Source of the DNA: Chiloscyllium plagiosum
Lineage: Eukaryota
NCBI RefSeq assembly: GCF_004010195.1
Contig: NC_057711.1
Span: 76,339,817-76,403,816, forward strand
Reading direction: 5' to 3'
DNA length: 64,000 bases
Below, piece by piece: positions 62,779-64,000 of the stretch. Position 1 is the stretch's first letter, and the number at the start of each line of letters is the position of its first letter. The notes beneath the pieces were generated by a model. That model had not been told where the DNA came from. It did not search any database and was given only the letters and a program-made list of their open reading frames with translations. The position numbers and the translations under genes are program-made.

Positions 62779-64000
62779 GTACTTGCAGAAATCAATTAGA
62801 ATTCAAAATTTTAAATGCCAGCATTTCTTCTTTGGAACAATACTGTTAGAATATGGATTCCTAAAATAGTTTACTGTTGAATTATGTTTAACCATTTACA
62901 AATTTTAATTAAAAATCAGATGAACAGATTCATTTGACAAGTTTCAGAGCGCAATTGAAACATGGTTGAAACTGTAAAACATTTGTTCATGAGCAAGATT
63001 GTCAAACATCCAAAACTCATGACTATATGGCTCTGTCCCCTAAGCCTTGCCTGCAGGTAGGTTAAAACTCACGGTTTATAACAGGATAAAATGAAATCGT
63101 AGCATTTTGCAATGATGCCTCTGCCATTCCTCCTTCTGCATAGTTGCTATCGATGTGACATTTGTGTGTGTTACAACTGTGGCAAAACAAGTTTCAGCAG
63201 TAACACAATGTGTTACACTAGTTCTGCCATAAAATGCTCCATGTTAGAAAGAAGGTCTGTGTGTCTGTATGTTTTTCCATTATTTAGCTTGAACATTTAC
63301 AAGTGGGTGGGCGGAACAGCACACACCATAAGGGGAGGCAAACCTGATTACAATTTATTTCTGAAATGTGACACTACCATTGCTAAGAAACCGAGGGAGG
63401 GTGAAAGACTTGCTGGCAATAATACAACATGCCTAATAGCATCACTAATAATATTTTCCATTTGTCAAAGGAGTGTGTAGGGAGTTGCTCTGTCTAAGCC
63501 ACAGAATGCCTGACCAGATGGTAAAGAATTGGTAGCCACAACATCCTTTGTGGCAAAGCTTTGCCCACAATAAAAATCTGTTAGTGCAAGTTACTCAGCA
63601 GGAGTACATGAGTCAGAGGGAATTGGGAAACAAATCAGTTCATTTTCCCTGGCGACTGGGTTCCATCCCAAACGTTTAATTAGTTCTGGTCCCACCTGTT
63701 CATGAACTGTGTTATTACATCGTGTTACGGTCAGGTCTAATTCTGTTCCCTCGGGCAGAGTTTCCTGGGTAATTTCTTCCAGAATGTGTTCTTAATCACT
63801 TCAGATCTGTTTATTTTCAGCCAATACATTGAGCAATAGCCTTTGATCAAATAATTTAATTTGCAAGTGGTTATGTGTTGAGCCAGGTTTTGATTTTTTT
63901 TTTGCTGTATTGTATTCCAAACCATATGCTAAATGCTTCTGACTCCATGAGAGGGTGTTCAGTTGGAGTTTAGAAGTGGTTGTGAAAAAAGACAAGCTTT

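Overview
Eukaryotic, AT-rich, repeat-dense DNA, most likely from a shark or other elasmobranch (inferred from HE1/V-SINEs, CR1 LINEs and Penelope remnants). The window lies inside one + strand gene, the proprotein convertase PCSK5 (PC5/6). Six GT-AG coding exons (11347-11559, 17917-18017, 32355-32458, 37762-37879, 50018-50206, 62642-62778) splice in frame. They encode the second half of the subtilisin catalytic domain (oxyanion Asn in SGNGG, catalytic Ser in GTSASAP) and most of the P domain (RRGDL). The gene start and end are outside the window. Introns hold CR1 fragments (mostly antisense), V-SINEs, a solo LTR, TcMar-like MITEs and an old LINE that appears to carry a tRNA-like 5' head. The most interesting layer is about ten small Penelope-type insertions from four sequence families, most carrying an intact or decayed minimal hammerhead ribozyme motif (CTGAnGA-N-stem II-GAAA-palindrome-NUH). 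Stem II differs between families but stays paired. Several insertions have 7-14 bp target-site duplications and inverted (fold-back) structure. Repeat boundaries were read by eye and are approximate unless a TSD is given.
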